A stretch of 63,976 nt of DNA, filler included, from Lama guanicoe (Eukaryota), in the NCBI GenBank assembly GCA_013239625.1. It is 101 parts of 101 records of this genome, joined end to end, with 100 filler letters (N's around TTAATTAATTAA, not from the genome) between each part and the next. Parts side by side here need not be neighbours in the genome. Positions count along the whole stretch, not along the records: positions 1 to 648 come from PNXV01026923.1; positions 749 to 1,418 come from PNXV01026925.1; positions 1,519 to 1,884 come from PNXV01026926.1; positions 1,985 to 2,663 come from PNXV01026927.1; positions 2,764 to 3,122 come from PNXV01026928.1; positions 3,223 to 3,729 come from PNXV01026929.1; positions 3,830 to 4,356 come from PNXV01026930.1; positions 4,457 to 4,939 come from PNXV01026931.1; 93 more parts are not named here. One strand, 5' to 3'. The position numbers and the translations under genes were made by a program. This document shows positions 1 to 12,445 of the stretch, piece after piece (position 1 is the first letter of the stretch; every line of letters starts with the position of its first letter). A model generated the notes under the pieces. It made no database searches, had not been told where the DNA came from, and worked only from the letters and a program-made list of their open reading frames with translations.

Positions 1-648
1 TCTGCATTCCATGTTCTATATTTTGTGTTCCATATACTCTATTCTATGTCCTCTATTCTGTGTTCTACATTCAATATCCTGTATTCTATATTCTGCATTC
101 CGTATTCTTTATTCTCTTTTCTGTGTTCTACATTCTATATTCTAAAGTCTATATTCAGTATTCTTTATTCTATATTCTAAATTCTGTGTTCTGCATTCTA
201 TATTCTATATTGTATATTCTGCATGCCGTATTCTATATTCAGTGTTCTACATTCTTTATTCTAAATTCTATATTCAGTATTCTGTATTCTATATTCTAAA
301 TTCTGTGTTCTACATTCTATATTCTAAAGTCTATATTCAGTATTCTTTATTCTATATTCTAAATTCTGTGTTCTACATTGTATATTCGAAATTTTATATT
401 CAGTATTCTCTTTTCTATATTCTACATTCTGTGTTCTGCATTCCATGTTTTCAATTCTGGGTTTTGTATTCTGTTTTCCATATTATATATTCTGTGTTCT
501 ACATTCTATATTCTGTATTCTACATTCTGCATTCCGTATTCTATATTCTAAATATGTGTTATACATTGTATATTCTTAATTCTATATTCATTATTCTGCA
601 TTTTATATTCTAAATTCTGTGTTCTACATTGTATATTCATATTCTATA
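1..648 (+). repeat. Satellite A (AT-rich heptamer-based satellite, CTATATT/CTAAATT/CTGTGTT/CTGCATT words)
   Basis: Continuous 7-bp periodic variants; a rare AAAGTC variant recurs at 144 and 326 (182 bp = 26x7). Confidence 0.92.
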
Positions 649-748
649 NNNNNNNNNNNNNNNNNNNNNNNNNNNNNNNNNNNNNNNNNNNNTTAATTAA
701 TTAANNNNNNNNNNNNNNNNNNNNNNNNNNNNNNNNNNNNNNNNNNNN
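649..748. other. Artificial contig linker N44-TTAATTAATTAA-N44 (first of about 100 identical copies in the window)
   Basis: Exactly 44 N + palindromic TTAATTAATTAA (693-704) + 44 N, recurring at every gap; the 12-mer gives TAA in all six frames; flanking sequences are unrelated. Confidence 0.98.
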
Positions 749-1418
749 CAGAATATAGAAATAAGATAACGGAATACAGAATATAGAGTTTAGAATACAG
801 AAAGTAGAAATCAGAATATAGAATGTAGTATTAAGAATATTGAACCCAGAATTTAGAACATGGAATGCAGAACACAGAATTTACAATATAGAACACAGAA
901 TACTGAATATAGAATTTATAATATAGAATGTAGAACACAGTATAAAGCTTATAGAATATAGAATGTAGAACATAGAATGAAGAACACAAAATAAAGAATA
1001 GAGAATATAGAAGTGAGAATTTAGAACATGGAATACAGAACACAGAAATTAGAATAGAGTATACAGAATACTGAATATAGAATTTAGTATATACAATGTA
1101 GCACACAGAATATAGAATATAGAATACGGAATGTAGAATATAGAATACAGCATATAGAATATAGAACACAGAATATAAAATATGTAAAACAGAATTCAGA
1201 ACCCTGAATTTAAAACATGGAATGTAGAACACAGAATTTAAAATATAGGATACAGGATACTGAATATAGTATTTAGAACATAGAATCTACAACACAGTAT
1301 AAACAATATAGAATACGGAATGCAGAATATAGAATGAAGAATATAGTATGAAGAACACAAAATATGGAATATAGAATAGAGAATATTAAAACCAGAATTT
1401 AGAATATGGAATGAAGAA
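749..1418 (-). repeat. Satellite A
   Basis: Reverse-complement heptamer words (AGAATAT, AGAATTT, AGAACAC). Confidence 0.92.
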
Positions 1419-1770
1419 NNNNNNNNNNNNNNNNNNNNNNNNNNNNNNNNNNNNNNNNNNNNTTAATTAATTAANNNNNNNNNNNNNNNNNNNNNNNNNN
1501 NNNNNNNNNNNNNNNNNNAGCCTGCGTGAGTATAAATTCTCACTCTCCTTCCAGGGGGTTCTGTGTGCATCTTGGACAAATTATTGTTGTTGTTGTTATC
1601 ATTGTTATTATTTGTGCCTCTTTTTCCTTACCTTTTAAATAGCGAGGAATATGTAGACTCTATCCCCTACTGTGTTGGCAGGATTAAATGAGTAAACGTC
1701 TGTGCTGCCCACTTCCCTGGGTTTCAGCGTTCTCCAGGCAATCAGTGTCAACTCAGTGGCATTCTCCACT

Positions 1771-1884
1771 GTCTTCGTCAGTCTGGGATATTGTAACAAA
1801 TTACCATGGGTCGGGTGGCTTAAACAACCAACATGTTCCTTATGGTTTGGAGGCTGAGGCTTTCAAGGTCAATGTATCTGGGAG
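1771..1884 (+). mobile_element. MaLR (MLT1-like) LTR fragment
   Basis: gtaacaaattaccat...gtggcttaaacaac...ggaggctgag...tcaaggtc resembles the MLT1 LTR terminus (recalled consensus). Confidence 0.6.
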
Positions 1885-1984
1885 NNNNNNNNNNNNNNNN
1901 NNNNNNNNNNNNNNNNNNNNNNNNNNNNTTAATTAATTAANNNNNNNNNNNNNNNNNNNNNNNNNNNNNNNNNNNNNNNNNNNN

Positions 1985-2390
1985 TTAGAATGATGATCTC
2001 TAGGTCCATCCATGTTGCTGCAAATGGCATTAACTATTCCTTTTTATGGCTGAATAGTATTCCATTGTATAAATACACCACAACTTCTTTATGCAGTCAT
2101 CTGTCAATGGACGTTTAGGTTGTTTCCATGTCTTGGCTAGTGTAAAGAGTGCTGCTATTAACACTGGGGTGTGTGTATCTTTTCAAATTAGAATTTCCTC
2201 CAGATATAATCCCAGGAGTGGGATTGCTGGATCATATTGTAAGTCTCCTTTTAGTTTTATAAGGAATTTCCATCCTGTTTTCCATAATGGCTGTACCAAA
2301 TTACGTTCCCACCAACAAGGTAGGAGGGTTCCTTTTTCTCCACACCCTCTCCAGCATTTATAATTTATAGACTTTTTCATGACGGCTTTT
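1985..2390 (-). mobile_element. LINE-1 ORF2 C-terminal fragment
   Basis: Translation [34 protein letters not shown] matches the L1 ORF2 C-terminal region. Confidence 0.93.
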
Positions 2391-2763
2391 ATAGGAACGT
2401 TTTTATTATGGAAACTCTCAAACACATGGAGGGAAAAGAATGAATCTCTGCATACTTATCCTGGATGTCCCATATTAAATATTTGCCAACCTTCTTTATG
2501 TATTCCCCTGCTTCTGTTTTATTTCTTTGTCTTTGATCAAAGTCTGTTCCATTGAGATCCAGACAGCACCTGTCCTGTCCTGTCCTTTCACCCCTTTAAC
2601 ACTCAGCTCCGACAGACAGGAAGTTTATAAATGAACACGATGCTCCTGTCACTTCTGGACTTGNNNNNNNNNNNNNNNNNNNNNNNNNNNNNNNNNNNNN
2701 NNNNNNNTTAATTAATTAANNNNNNNNNNNNNNNNNNNNNNNNNNNNNNNNNNNNNNNNNNNN

Positions 2764-3122
2764 AATCTGACTCCTTATTAGATCTGTTCCTTTGAATTTA
2801 ACCCTGTACCCTTTTTCTTAGGCTTAGTCTTGTTGTTTCTGCACCTTTTGTGAAACAATGTTGCCTAGAGCCTGAAATATACAGGAGACACTATTCTCAA
2901 GGCTCTGACTTTGAAGGATATTAACACTTTTCCATTCGTATAAAGATAACAAGATACAGAATAGAAAATTATATTTGTTTGTTGGAGATTTACATGGATC
3001 TGACCCAGGTGAAGAGCTGCAAGAACCAAGGATTCTAACAAATAAGAATACATACACCAAGTTTGCAACAACTAAGCATTCCCGCTTCCCCGTTTTAATA
3101 TAAGAAGAGCCTGAATTCTGAC
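2764..3122 (+). mobile_element. ERV LTR fragment (same family as 56316-56761 and 63287-63593)
   Basis: Shares blocks ttagatctgtt, ctgcacctt, agcctgaaatatacagga, gtttgcaaca and tataa-gagcctgaattctgac with the other two copies. Confidence 0.7.
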
Positions 3123-3292
3123 NNNNNNNNNNNNNNNNNNNNNNNNNNNNNNNNNNNNNNNNNNNNTTAATTAATTAANNNNNNNNNNNNNNNNNNNNNN
3201 NNNNNNNNNNNNNNNNNNNNNNCTCACTGAATCTTAATATTTGAACCACAAGGAACCCTATAAGACTTTTTCCATGCGTTAACCATCAGTTC

Positions 3293-3326
3293 TGTGTGTG
3301 CATGTGTGTGTGTGTGTGTGTGTGTG
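3293..3326. repeat. (TG)n microsatellite
   Basis: Interrupted TG run. Confidence 0.9.
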
Positions 3327-3397
3327 GCTGACTGATGCTGAGAGGTCATGGGAGTTCTACATTAAAAAGAAAAATTAATCCTCCTCTTCATACTGGT

Positions 3398-3729
3398 CCT
3401 ATTACTTTCCTGGGGCTTTCATAACAAATTCAATGAGCCTGGTAACTCGAAACAACATAAATTTATTATTTTATTGTTCTAGAGGCCAGAAGTCTGAAAT
3501 CAAGGTGTTGGCACGGACGTGCTCCCCCTGAAGGTTTTAGGGGAGGAGACTTCTTGTCTCTTTCAGCTTCTAGTTGCTCCCAGAAACCCTTAGCTTCCTT
3601 GGCGTCTTCGCTCTAATCTCTATCAATCACCCTGATCACATTGCTGCTTCCTCTTCATGTGTCCCCCTGTCTTCTCTTCCGTATCTTCTAAGGGCACCTC
3701 TTATTGTATTTAAGGCACATCCCGCTAAT
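3398..3729 (+). mobile_element. MaLR (MLT1-like) LTR
   Basis: tttcctggggct..ataacaaa..aaacaacataaatttatt..ttctagaggccagaagtctgaaatcaaggtgttggca..cttctctt..ttgtatttaagg is typical MLT1. Confidence 0.8.
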
Positions 3730-3829
3730 NNNNNNNNNNNNNNNNNNNNNNNNNNNNNNNNNNNNNNNNNNNNTTAATTAATTAANNNNNNNNNNNNNNN
3801 NNNNNNNNNNNNNNNNNNNNNNNNNNNNN

Positions 3830-4356
3830 TGTGTTCTACATTCTATATTCTAAATTGTATATTCAGTATTCTATATTCGAAATACTGAGTTCTGATTTCC
3901 ATGTTCCAAAATCTGGCTTAAATATTCTCTAAGCTGTATTTTTTCTTCTGTTTTTTACATTCTATATTCTAAATTATATTTTCAGTATTATGTATTCTTT
4001 ATTCTATATTCTGTATTACACATTCAATGATTTTTAATTGTTTATTATGTATTCTATATACTATATTCTAAATTCTGTGTTATGCATTTCATGTTGTAAA
4101 TTCTGGGTCCTATATTGTCTTTTCTATAGTCTATATTCTGTGTACTACATTGTATATTCTAAATTTTGTGTTCTACATTCTATATTCTAAATTATATTAA
4201 TGTCTCTTTGCCAGGGAATGCTAGGGGTGATTGCAGGATATTCTATTATATCCAAGATATATTCAGTGTTATGTTTTCTATAATCTAAACTATCTGTTCT
4301 GCATTCGATGTTCTAAATTCTGTATTCTTTATTCTATATTCTGTGTTCTACTTTCT
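3830..4356 (+). repeat. Diverged satellite A containing a ~44-bp satellite B insert (4198-4241)
   Basis: Heptamer words interrupted by taatgtctctttgccagggaatgctaggggtgattgcaggatat. Confidence 0.85.
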
Positions 4357-4456
4357 NNNNNNNNNNNNNNNNNNNNNNNNNNNNNNNNNNNNNNNNNNNN
4401 TTAATTAATTAANNNNNNNNNNNNNNNNNNNNNNNNNNNNNNNNNNNNNNNNNNNN

Positions 4457-4939
4457 TCTGCATTCCATGTTCTAAATTCTGGCTTCTAAATTCTCTATTC
4501 TCTATACTATATTCTGTGTTCTGAACTCTTTATTCTAAATTCTATATTCAGTATTTTGTATTCTATATTCTAAATTCTGTGTTCTACATTCTATATTCGA
4601 AATTCTATATTCAGTGATCTGTATTCAATATTCTATATTCTGTTTTCTGGATTCCATGTTCTAAATTTTGGGTTCCGTATTCTGTTTCCATATACTATAT
4701 TCTGTGTTCTAAATTTTGTTTTCTGTAAACTATATACTGCATTCCGTATTCTATATTCTATATCCTGTGTTCTACATTCTATATTCTAAATTCTATATTC
4801 AGTATTCTGTATTTTATATCATAAATTTTGTGTTCTGCATATGATGTTCTAAATAGTATATTCAGTATTCTGTATTCTATATTCCAAATTCTGCGTTCTG
4901 CATTCCATGTTCTAAATTCTGGTTCCTATATACTCTATT
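4457..4939 (+). repeat. Satellite A
   Basis: Heptamer periodicity. Confidence 0.92.
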
Positions 4940-6031
4940 NNNNNNNNNNNNNNNNNNNNNNNNNNNNNNNNNNNNNNNNNNNNTTAATTAATTAANNNNN
5001 NNNNNNNNNNNNNNNNNNNNNNNNNNNNNNNNNNNNNNNAAATTCTCTCAGTACAATGATTTTCAAACAGAATAACATACATTCAGCTTTTAAAATCTTT
5101 ATATGAGTGTCCTGTTTTCCTGTGGAGTTTCAAGTTAAGTGACCATTTCTTCCTCTTTTGCTGTTGTCAATCATGCACATATTCAAAACATAGAGTTTAC
5201 ACAGTCATCGTCAAATGAAGAGCCAATCCGAAGGAAAACAAAGAAAAATTATTATCACGGACATCCTTTGAAAGCAGAATCTAAATAGTCAAAACTAATG
5301 CCAAGAAAATGCAAGGGGGTTTTTATTATTTTTTTCTCTATCTCATTACTGCTGTGTTTCCTCTGATANNNNNNNNNNNNNNNNNNNNNNNNNNNNNNNN
5401 NNNNNNNNNNNNTTAATTAATTAANNNNNNNNNNNNNNNNNNNNNNNNNNNNNNNNNNNNNNNNNNNNAGAGTTTTTAATTCTTGAAGAGTTCAGATGTT
5501 CAAAATTTTTCTAATTATATGATTATCTATTTTACCAATCAATTTAAATGGGAACATTTCTGGACAGCTGATGTTAAAATCCTTTCCATATAACAAAAGT
5601 ATCTTTTCAAAAGTTGTTAGTAGTAACTTCTTGTTTGGAATATTTTCCTTTTCTGTAAGAAATAACTGAGTAAAACCTTACAGTCAACAATGGCTTCAAC
5701 ACAGTTTCCCATAGATTATCAGCTAAACTCAATCTGGTGTAAAAATGTTAGTGTTCATGCTGCATATTATTACAAAAGATTGAAAACATTATGTTATATT
5801 TAAAGATTATATTTCTTATGTTTTATAAACATATACATTGTGGAACCTGGTCAAAGGACTGGATGAAGAACTGAATTCTTCTGCCCTCTTCAGTACTGAG
5901 ATATCAAGTCTTCTCCTCTAACTAGGAAGTGNNNNNNNNNNNNNNNNNNNNNNNNNNNNNNNNNNNNNNNNNNNNTTAATTAATTAANNNNNNNNNNNNN
6001 NNNNNNNNNNNNNNNNNNNNNNNNNNNNNNN

Positions 6032-6856
6032 ATTCCCTGGCTCAGAGACATTAAGAAAACCCTCAGGGGAGACGAGCTAAATCTCTCCGTTAGAACCCAC
6101 GCGCAGCCGACCGTTGGTGGAACCTCCCCACGCTCAGGATTCCGGAAACATTGTCAGTGCGTGGGGGAGCTCGAGAGACAACTCCACGCAGCTCTCTTCA
6201 CTCACAGGTGTTCCCTGTTCGGGGAAGTCGGAGAAGTACTTTCCCTTACCTTGGGGAGGCAGCCTCTGACACTGGGATATCCTGCAAACCCCCCTAGCAT
6301 TCCCTGGCACAGAGATATTAGGAAAACCCTCAGGGAAGACGAGCTTAGGCTTTCCGTTAGAACCCACGCGCTGCCGACCGTTGGTGGAACCTCCCCACGC
6401 TCAGGATTCCGGAACCATTGTCAGTGCGTGGGGGAGCTCGAGAGACAAATCCACGCAGCTCTCTTCACTCACAGGAGTTCCCTGTTCGCGGAAGTCCGAT
6501 AAATACCTTCCCTAACCTTGGGGAGGCAGCCTCAGTCACTGGGATATCCTGCAAACCCCCCTAGCATTCCCTGGCACATAGATATTAGGAAAACCCTCAG
6601 GGGAGACGAGCTTAGGCTTTCCTTTAGAACCCACGCGATGCCGACCGTTGGTGGAACCTTCCCACTCTCAGGATTCCGGAATCATTGTCAGTGCGTGGGG
6701 GAGTTCGAGAGAAAACTCCACGCAGCTCTCTTCAGTCACAGGTGTTCCCTGTTCTGGGAAGTCCGAGAAATAACTTCCCTGACCGTGGGGATGCAGAATC
6801 TGTCACAGGGATATCCTGCAAAACACCCTAGCATTCCCTGGCACAGAGACATTAGG
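6032..6856 (+). repeat. Satellite B, 267-bp tandem monomer (about 3 copies)
   Basis: attccctggc at 6032, 6299, 6566, 6833 (period 267). Confidence 0.96.
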
Positions 6857-6956
6857 NNNNNNNNNNNNNNNNNNNNNNNNNNNNNNNNNNNNNNNNNNNN
6901 TTAATTAATTAANNNNNNNNNNNNNNNNNNNNNNNNNNNNNNNNNNNNNNNNNNNN

Positions 6957-7471
6957 GAGTGGAGTTTGCAACTGAAGAGAAAATTTCTGTTCCCAATATG
7001 GTAGGTGATGGACGGCTTTCACAGACGGATAACTCTCAAATCTGAGCATGTGGAGAGACGTTCGTTCATCTAGCAGAAATGGAAGAGATTGCAGGAGAAA
7101 CAGTTACTTTGGTTTCTCAGTCTGTTTCCTAGAGCCGGATTGAAGTTCCTGCAGTTTTCACCGTAAAACCGATTTGGAGATTGTACCTCCCCATATATAT
7201 ATATGGAGGGGAATTTGCAACTGAAGAGAAAATTTCTGTTCCCAATATGGTAGGTGATGGACGGCTTTCACAGACGGATAACTCTCAAATCTGAGCATGT
7301 GGAGAGACGTTCGTTCATCTAGCACAAATGGAACCGGTTGCAGGAGAAACACTTACTCTGTTTTCTCAGTCTGTTTCCTAGAGCCGGATTGAAGTTCCTG
7401 CAGTTTTCACCGTAAAACCGATTTGGAGATTGTACCTCCCCATATATATATATGGAGGGGAATTTGCAACT
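6957..7471 (+). repeat. Satellite C, ~249-bp tandem monomer
   Basis: ctgagcatgtggagagacgttcg at 7042 and 7291 (period 249). Confidence 0.94.
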
Positions 7472-7571
7472 NNNNNNNNNNNNNNNNNNNNNNNNNNNNN
7501 NNNNNNNNNNNNNNNTTAATTAATTAANNNNNNNNNNNNNNNNNNNNNNNNNNNNNNNNNNNNNNNNNNNN

Positions 7572-8066
7572 TGTATATCTGAGGTAACAATTGTTATTTC
7601 TCTTCTTTTATTTCTTACTTAATTTATTTGGTGCATCTCTCTATTCTTCATGATGCACCTACCTAGAGGTTTTTTATTTTGCTTATCTTAAAAAAAACAA
7701 AAATAATCTTTGGTTTTACTGCTCTTTTGCATAGTTTTCTTTTTGTCTCTAATGTATATTTACACCTGTAATATTTAGGATCATGTTTTTTAATTTTTTT
7801 AAATTTTCTTCATTGATTTACTGTCATTTTACAAAATTGTCTCCAATCCCAGTGTAGAGCACAGTTTTGCAGTTACAATGAACAAAAATACATTTTTTTC
7901 CCATTTTTTCCACTGTGGGCTTCCATAAGAACTTTTATATATTTCCGTGTGCTATACAGTACAATCCTGTTTATCTATTATAAAATATAGACCTCCTAGT
8001 CTATCCCTTCCCACACGCCACCCCCTTGGCTAACAAAAGCTTGTATTCTACGTCTGCGTGTCTATT
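7572..8066 (-). mobile_element. LINE-1 fragments: older ORF2 piece plus an L1 3' UTR end (about 7790-8066)
   Basis: The right-hand part is the reverse complement of the L1 3' end seen at 37341-37770 (gtgtagagcacag, tgtgctatacagt, gtctatcccttcccac). Confidence 0.75.
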
Positions 8067-8548
8067 NNNNNNNNNNNNNNNNNNNNNNNNNNNNNNNNNN
8101 NNNNNNNNNNTTAATTAATTAANNNNNNNNNNNNNNNNNNNNNNNNNNNNNNNNNNNNNNNNNNNNTCCCAGAGCTTCTCTGCCTACAGAAACACCAGTG
8201 GAAGCATATCAATGATGTCAAACATCAGGGCCAGTGGAATGATCCCGCAGACCGACCTTGGTGTCCCGGTGCCGTACCGTGCCGGTGCCATCCATAGTGG
8301 AGCATCTACTTTTGGGAGATAATGCTGAAGGAAATATTTCATCTTCTCAAGCTGTGGACTTGGACCACTCTTCCTTGTCCTCTCAACCTTGTGGCACATT
8401 TGCACGAAGGCAACCACAGAGCTGTTGCGTATCCTGTGCCTCAAACCANNNNNNNNNNNNNNNNNNNNNNNNNNNNNNNNNNNNNNNNNNNNTTAATTAA
8501 TTAANNNNNNNNNNNNNNNNNNNNNNNNNNNNNNNNNNNNNNNNNNNN

Positions 8549-9000
8549 TGAGCGTGGGGAGGTTCCACCAACGGTCCGCAGCACGTGGGTTCTAACGAAA
8601 AGCCTTAGTTTGTCTCCCCTGAGGGTTTTCCTAATGTCTCTGTGCCAGGGAATGCTAGGGGGGTTTGCAGGATATCCCAGTGACAGAGGCTGCCTCCCCA
8701 ATGTCAGGGAAGGTATTTCTCGGACTTCCCCGAACAGGGAACACCTGTGAGTGAAGAGAGCTGCGTGGAGTTGTCTCTCGAGCTCCCCCACAGACTGACA
8801 AAGGTTCCGCAATCCTGAGAGTGGGGAGGTTCCACCAACGGTCGGCAGAGCGTGGGTTCAAACGGAAAGCCTAAGCTCGTCTCCCCTGAGTGTTTTCCTA
8901 ATGCCTCTTGGCCAGGGAATGCTACGGGGGTTTGTAGGATATCCCAGTGAAAGAAGCTGCCTCCCCAAAGTCAGGGAAGGTATTTCTCGGACTTCCCCGT
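8549..9000 (-). repeat. Satellite B
   Basis: Reverse complement of the 267-bp monomer. Confidence 0.95.
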
Positions 9001-9744
9001 NNNNNNNNNNNNNNNNNNNNNNNNNNNNNNNNNNNNNNNNNNNNTTAATTAATTAANNNNNNNNNNNNNNNNNNNNNNNNNNNNNNNNNNNNNNNNNNNN
9101 TTCTTTTTACACTATTCAAAAGGACATGGGAAAGGGGCTGGCAGGGATTTAAAAAAAAACAGTGAAATGAACTGGGGAGGAAGAACTAGACTTTTATAAT
9201 CCTCTTCCTGTTAACACACCTGAGAAGATATTGAGATGCCATCACTTCAACCTACAAAGGCAGAGGATAAAAAACTTCCAAACCACTCTATCAAAGATAG
9301 CCAACTGCTATATTTTAGAATCTAGTCAGGGAAGAAGTATCAAAAATGTGTGAAGGGACTGCCAAACACTTCAATGTCAGAGAATAGGCTGAAGAAAATG
9401 GATCAAATGCTCAAATGAATATGCAAAATAAAATAAAAATAATTAGGTAGAGCAATGTCAGTGACAGAACAGATCTGCATAATTCTAATGGCGTTGTAGT
9501 GAGAAATGTAAACGAAAGCCTCAAGTGCTTTGTTAAGCTAATGTCAGTAAAATGCAAGCCTTAGTAAGTGAGCTATGTGTTTGCCAAGAACAGGGTCACT
9601 GCAAACATTCAGAAAGAGGNNNNNNNNNNNNNNNNNNNNNNNNNNNNNNNNNNNNNNNNNNNNTTAATTAATTAANNNNNNNNNNNNNNNNNNNNNNNNN
9701 NNNNNNNNNNNNNNNNNNNAAAAAAAAAAAAAAAACCAAACAGA

Positions 9745-10012
9745 TGGGGAGGGAGACGAAGGAGAAGGAGAAGGAGAAAGGGAAGGGGAAGAAGAAGAGG
9801 AAGAGGAAGGGGAAGAGGAAAGGTAAGAAGAAGGGGAAGACGAAGGGGAAGAAGAAGGGGAAGGAGAAGGGGAAGGGAAAGAAGAAGAGGAAGAGGAAGG
9901 GGAAGAGGAAAGGGAAGAAGAAGGGGAAGACGAAGGGGAAGAAGAAGGGGAAGGAGAAGGGGAAGGGGGAGAAGAGAAGGAGGAGGAGGAGGAAAGAAGG
10001 AGAAGAAGAAGA
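9745..10012. repeat. Polypurine (GAA/GGAA) low-complexity tract with an internal 90-bp duplication
   Basis: Almost pure A/G; cgaagggg marker at 9841 and 9931. Confidence 0.9.
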
Positions 10013-10124
10013 CAGATAAATTTTGAATTTTGATAAATATGTGAATTTTATACTATGTGAAATATATTTCAATAAAAATGTAAAAATATTAACCTAATAT
10101 TAAAAGCTGAAAACAAAAGAGTAC

Positions 10125-10345
10125 AAGCTAAGGAACTTGAGTCCCGGAATTTGAGTTGAATCCCAGCTTGGCTACTTTATAGCTGTGCACTGTGGATATT
10201 TACTTAAACTATTTGTGCTTCACTTTACTCAACTGCAAAACGGGGCAAATCACAGTATCGACTTCATGGTATTGATGTGAAGTTTAATTGAATCAACACG
10301 TGTAAAAATGGTAACAAGAGTGCCTGGCACAAAGTACCATGTAAA
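10125..10345 (+). mobile_element. MIR SINE
   Basis: ttgaatcccagct..ctacttt..agctgtg..tttacttaaac..tgcttcacttt.ctcaactgcaaaacgggg..agtgcctggcaca MIR core. Confidence 0.75.
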
Positions 10346-11100
10346 TCTTAACTAGAATACAATCTATTACTTTGATCACTTAAATTGGCTCTATTATAAG
10401 TGAAAAATTGGAACATCCTATAGAATTAGGATAAAGAAGAAGGTTAGATTTTTCTACATGATGTCCTAAATATTTCTTTTGATTTCATCTTTGCTATTTG
10501 AAGGACACAGATTGAAGATGTTCTTCTTAATTATTGTCATCTTCCACCAGAAAGATGCCCTAGGGATTGTAACTTAGCATCTCTCTATATATTATGCTCT
10601 GGCATAATCAAATGCTGTTCGTTCNNNNNNNNNNNNNNNNNNNNNNNNNNNNNNNNNNNNNNNNNNNNTTAATTAATTAANNNNNNNNNNNNNNNNNNNN
10701 NNNNNNNNNNNNNNNNNNNNNNNNTTTTCTCCAAGTTTTGAGTAGATAATCAAGCAATTATACCAAAGTTCTGTTTAACTTTATAAAAGTATGTCTAATA
10801 TAGGTCCATGAGTTATAATTAATATATGTATATAAGTGCAATAATTTTATATCCAATTCAAATAGATCATGAAATAATTTTCATATATCCAATTCAAATA
10901 GATCATGAAATGTATTAAAATTCTCATTCTTATTTTTGTGAATTTCAAATGGATAAAATTAAATTAGCTTAATCATAATCTGTGGCTAATGATTTGCTGT
11001 TTTCTTTAGTTCATGTGGCCCTCATATTTTATTGCACTTAGTCATATCTTACTAATACAATAAGATGATACATTATACTATATTCTGCTGTATTATCTCC

Positions 11101-11610
11101 TGAACAAGATAGCCTTAACATTTTCCTCAGCTTGACTAAACTTTGGAAGGTTTTTCCTGACTTTAGGCCCTTGACCTCCCTATTCTTGGAGAATTTCCTT
11201 TAGGAAACAAGATTTTAAATTCTTTCTTTGTGATGTAAATCTTCTTCAGCATCTTGAAGTTTTGCAACCCTGAAATGTCTTTCTCAAGGACCTGGTATTG
11301 ATCCCTTTGAAATGTAATCATCAAGACAGGGCCCCTACCTTCTAGACTGTGGGAAGGTAGGAGTCTCAGTTCAGTAAGTACCAATTAGCAAACACAGGTG
11401 GTCTAATCCCATTGACTAACCTCCTCCCTAATGTTCTCAGTACTTTTCCCTTAGATCAACCCAGTGCTTAAAATACCTCCAGCCTCTTGTTTCAGTGGAA
11501 TTGAGTTTAATTTCTTTTCCGCTTTGCAGTAGTCTTGAGTCCTACTATAATTGTCTTGAGTAAGATGTTCCTTGCCTGTTGAACTTTATCTTGTGCAGTT
11601 TTCTTTGAGA
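11101..11610 (+). mobile_element. ERV1 (MER4-group-like) solo LTR
   Basis: Begins TG; ttcctcagcttgactaaacttt..atgtctttctcaaggacctg..ccctttgaaatgtaatcatcaag..ttgtttcagtggaattgagtt resembles old eutherian ERV1 LTRs; subfamily uncertain. Confidence 0.65.
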
Positions 11611-11811
11611 ATCCCAAGCCCTAGAATCACTTTTAATTAATATTTTTTAGCATTAATGCTGTCTAATTTTGTTTATTTTATTTCTTCTCATTAATTTTAA
11701 CTGACATATAGNNNNNNNNNNNNNNNNNNNNNNNNNNNNNNNNNNNNNNNNNNNNTTAATTAATTAANNNNNNNNNNNNNNNNNNNNNNNNNNNNNNNNN
11801 NNNNNNNNNNN

Positions 11812-12345
11812 ATATTCTGCATTCTGTGTTCTACATTCTATATTCTGTATTCTATATTTTACATTACATATTCTACATTCTATATTCTGTGTCCTACATT
11901 CTATAATCTAAATTCTATATTCAGTATTCTGTATTCTATATTCTAAACACTGTATTCTGCTTTCCATGTTCTAAATTCTGGGTTCTATATCCTCTACTCT
12001 GTATTCTATATTCTGTGTTCATCTTTCTATATTCTATATTCTATATTCTGCATTCCGAATTCTATATTCTATAATCTGAATTCTAGTTTCTATATTCTGT
12101 ATTCAATATTCTGCGTTCCGTATTCTACATTCCATTTTGTGTGTTCTACATTCTATACTCTAAATTCGATATTCAGAATTCTGTATTCTATATTCTAAAT
12201 AATGTGTTCTATATTCCATGTTCTTAATTCTGGGTTCTATATTTTCTATCCTATATTCTATATTTTGTGTTCATCATTCTGTATTCTTTATTCTACATTC
12301 TGCATTCCGTAGTCTATAATCTATATTCTGTGTCCTACATACTAT
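11812..12345 (+). repeat. Satellite A
   Basis: Heptamer periodicity. Confidence 0.92.
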
Positions 12346-12445
12346 NNNNNNNNNNNNNNNNNNNNNNNNNNNNNNNNNNNNNNNNNNNNTTAATTAATTA
12401 ANNNNNNNNNNNNNNNNNNNNNNNNNNNNNNNNNNNNNNNNNNNN

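Noticed and set aside
8167..8448. Coding-looking contig with ORFs on both strands
   Set aside because: No recognisable protein motif or splice structure in any frame I translated; needs BLASTX
9744..10019. Lys/Gly-rich ORF (also the Glu/Val-rich ORF at 57305-57568 and Phe/Leu/Ser ORFs at 58430-58840)
   Set aside because: Products of simple-sequence tracts with no splice or homology support
10848..10911. 28-bp direct repeat at 36-bp spacing
   Set aside because: Only two copies; a simple local tandem duplication in AT-rich DNA
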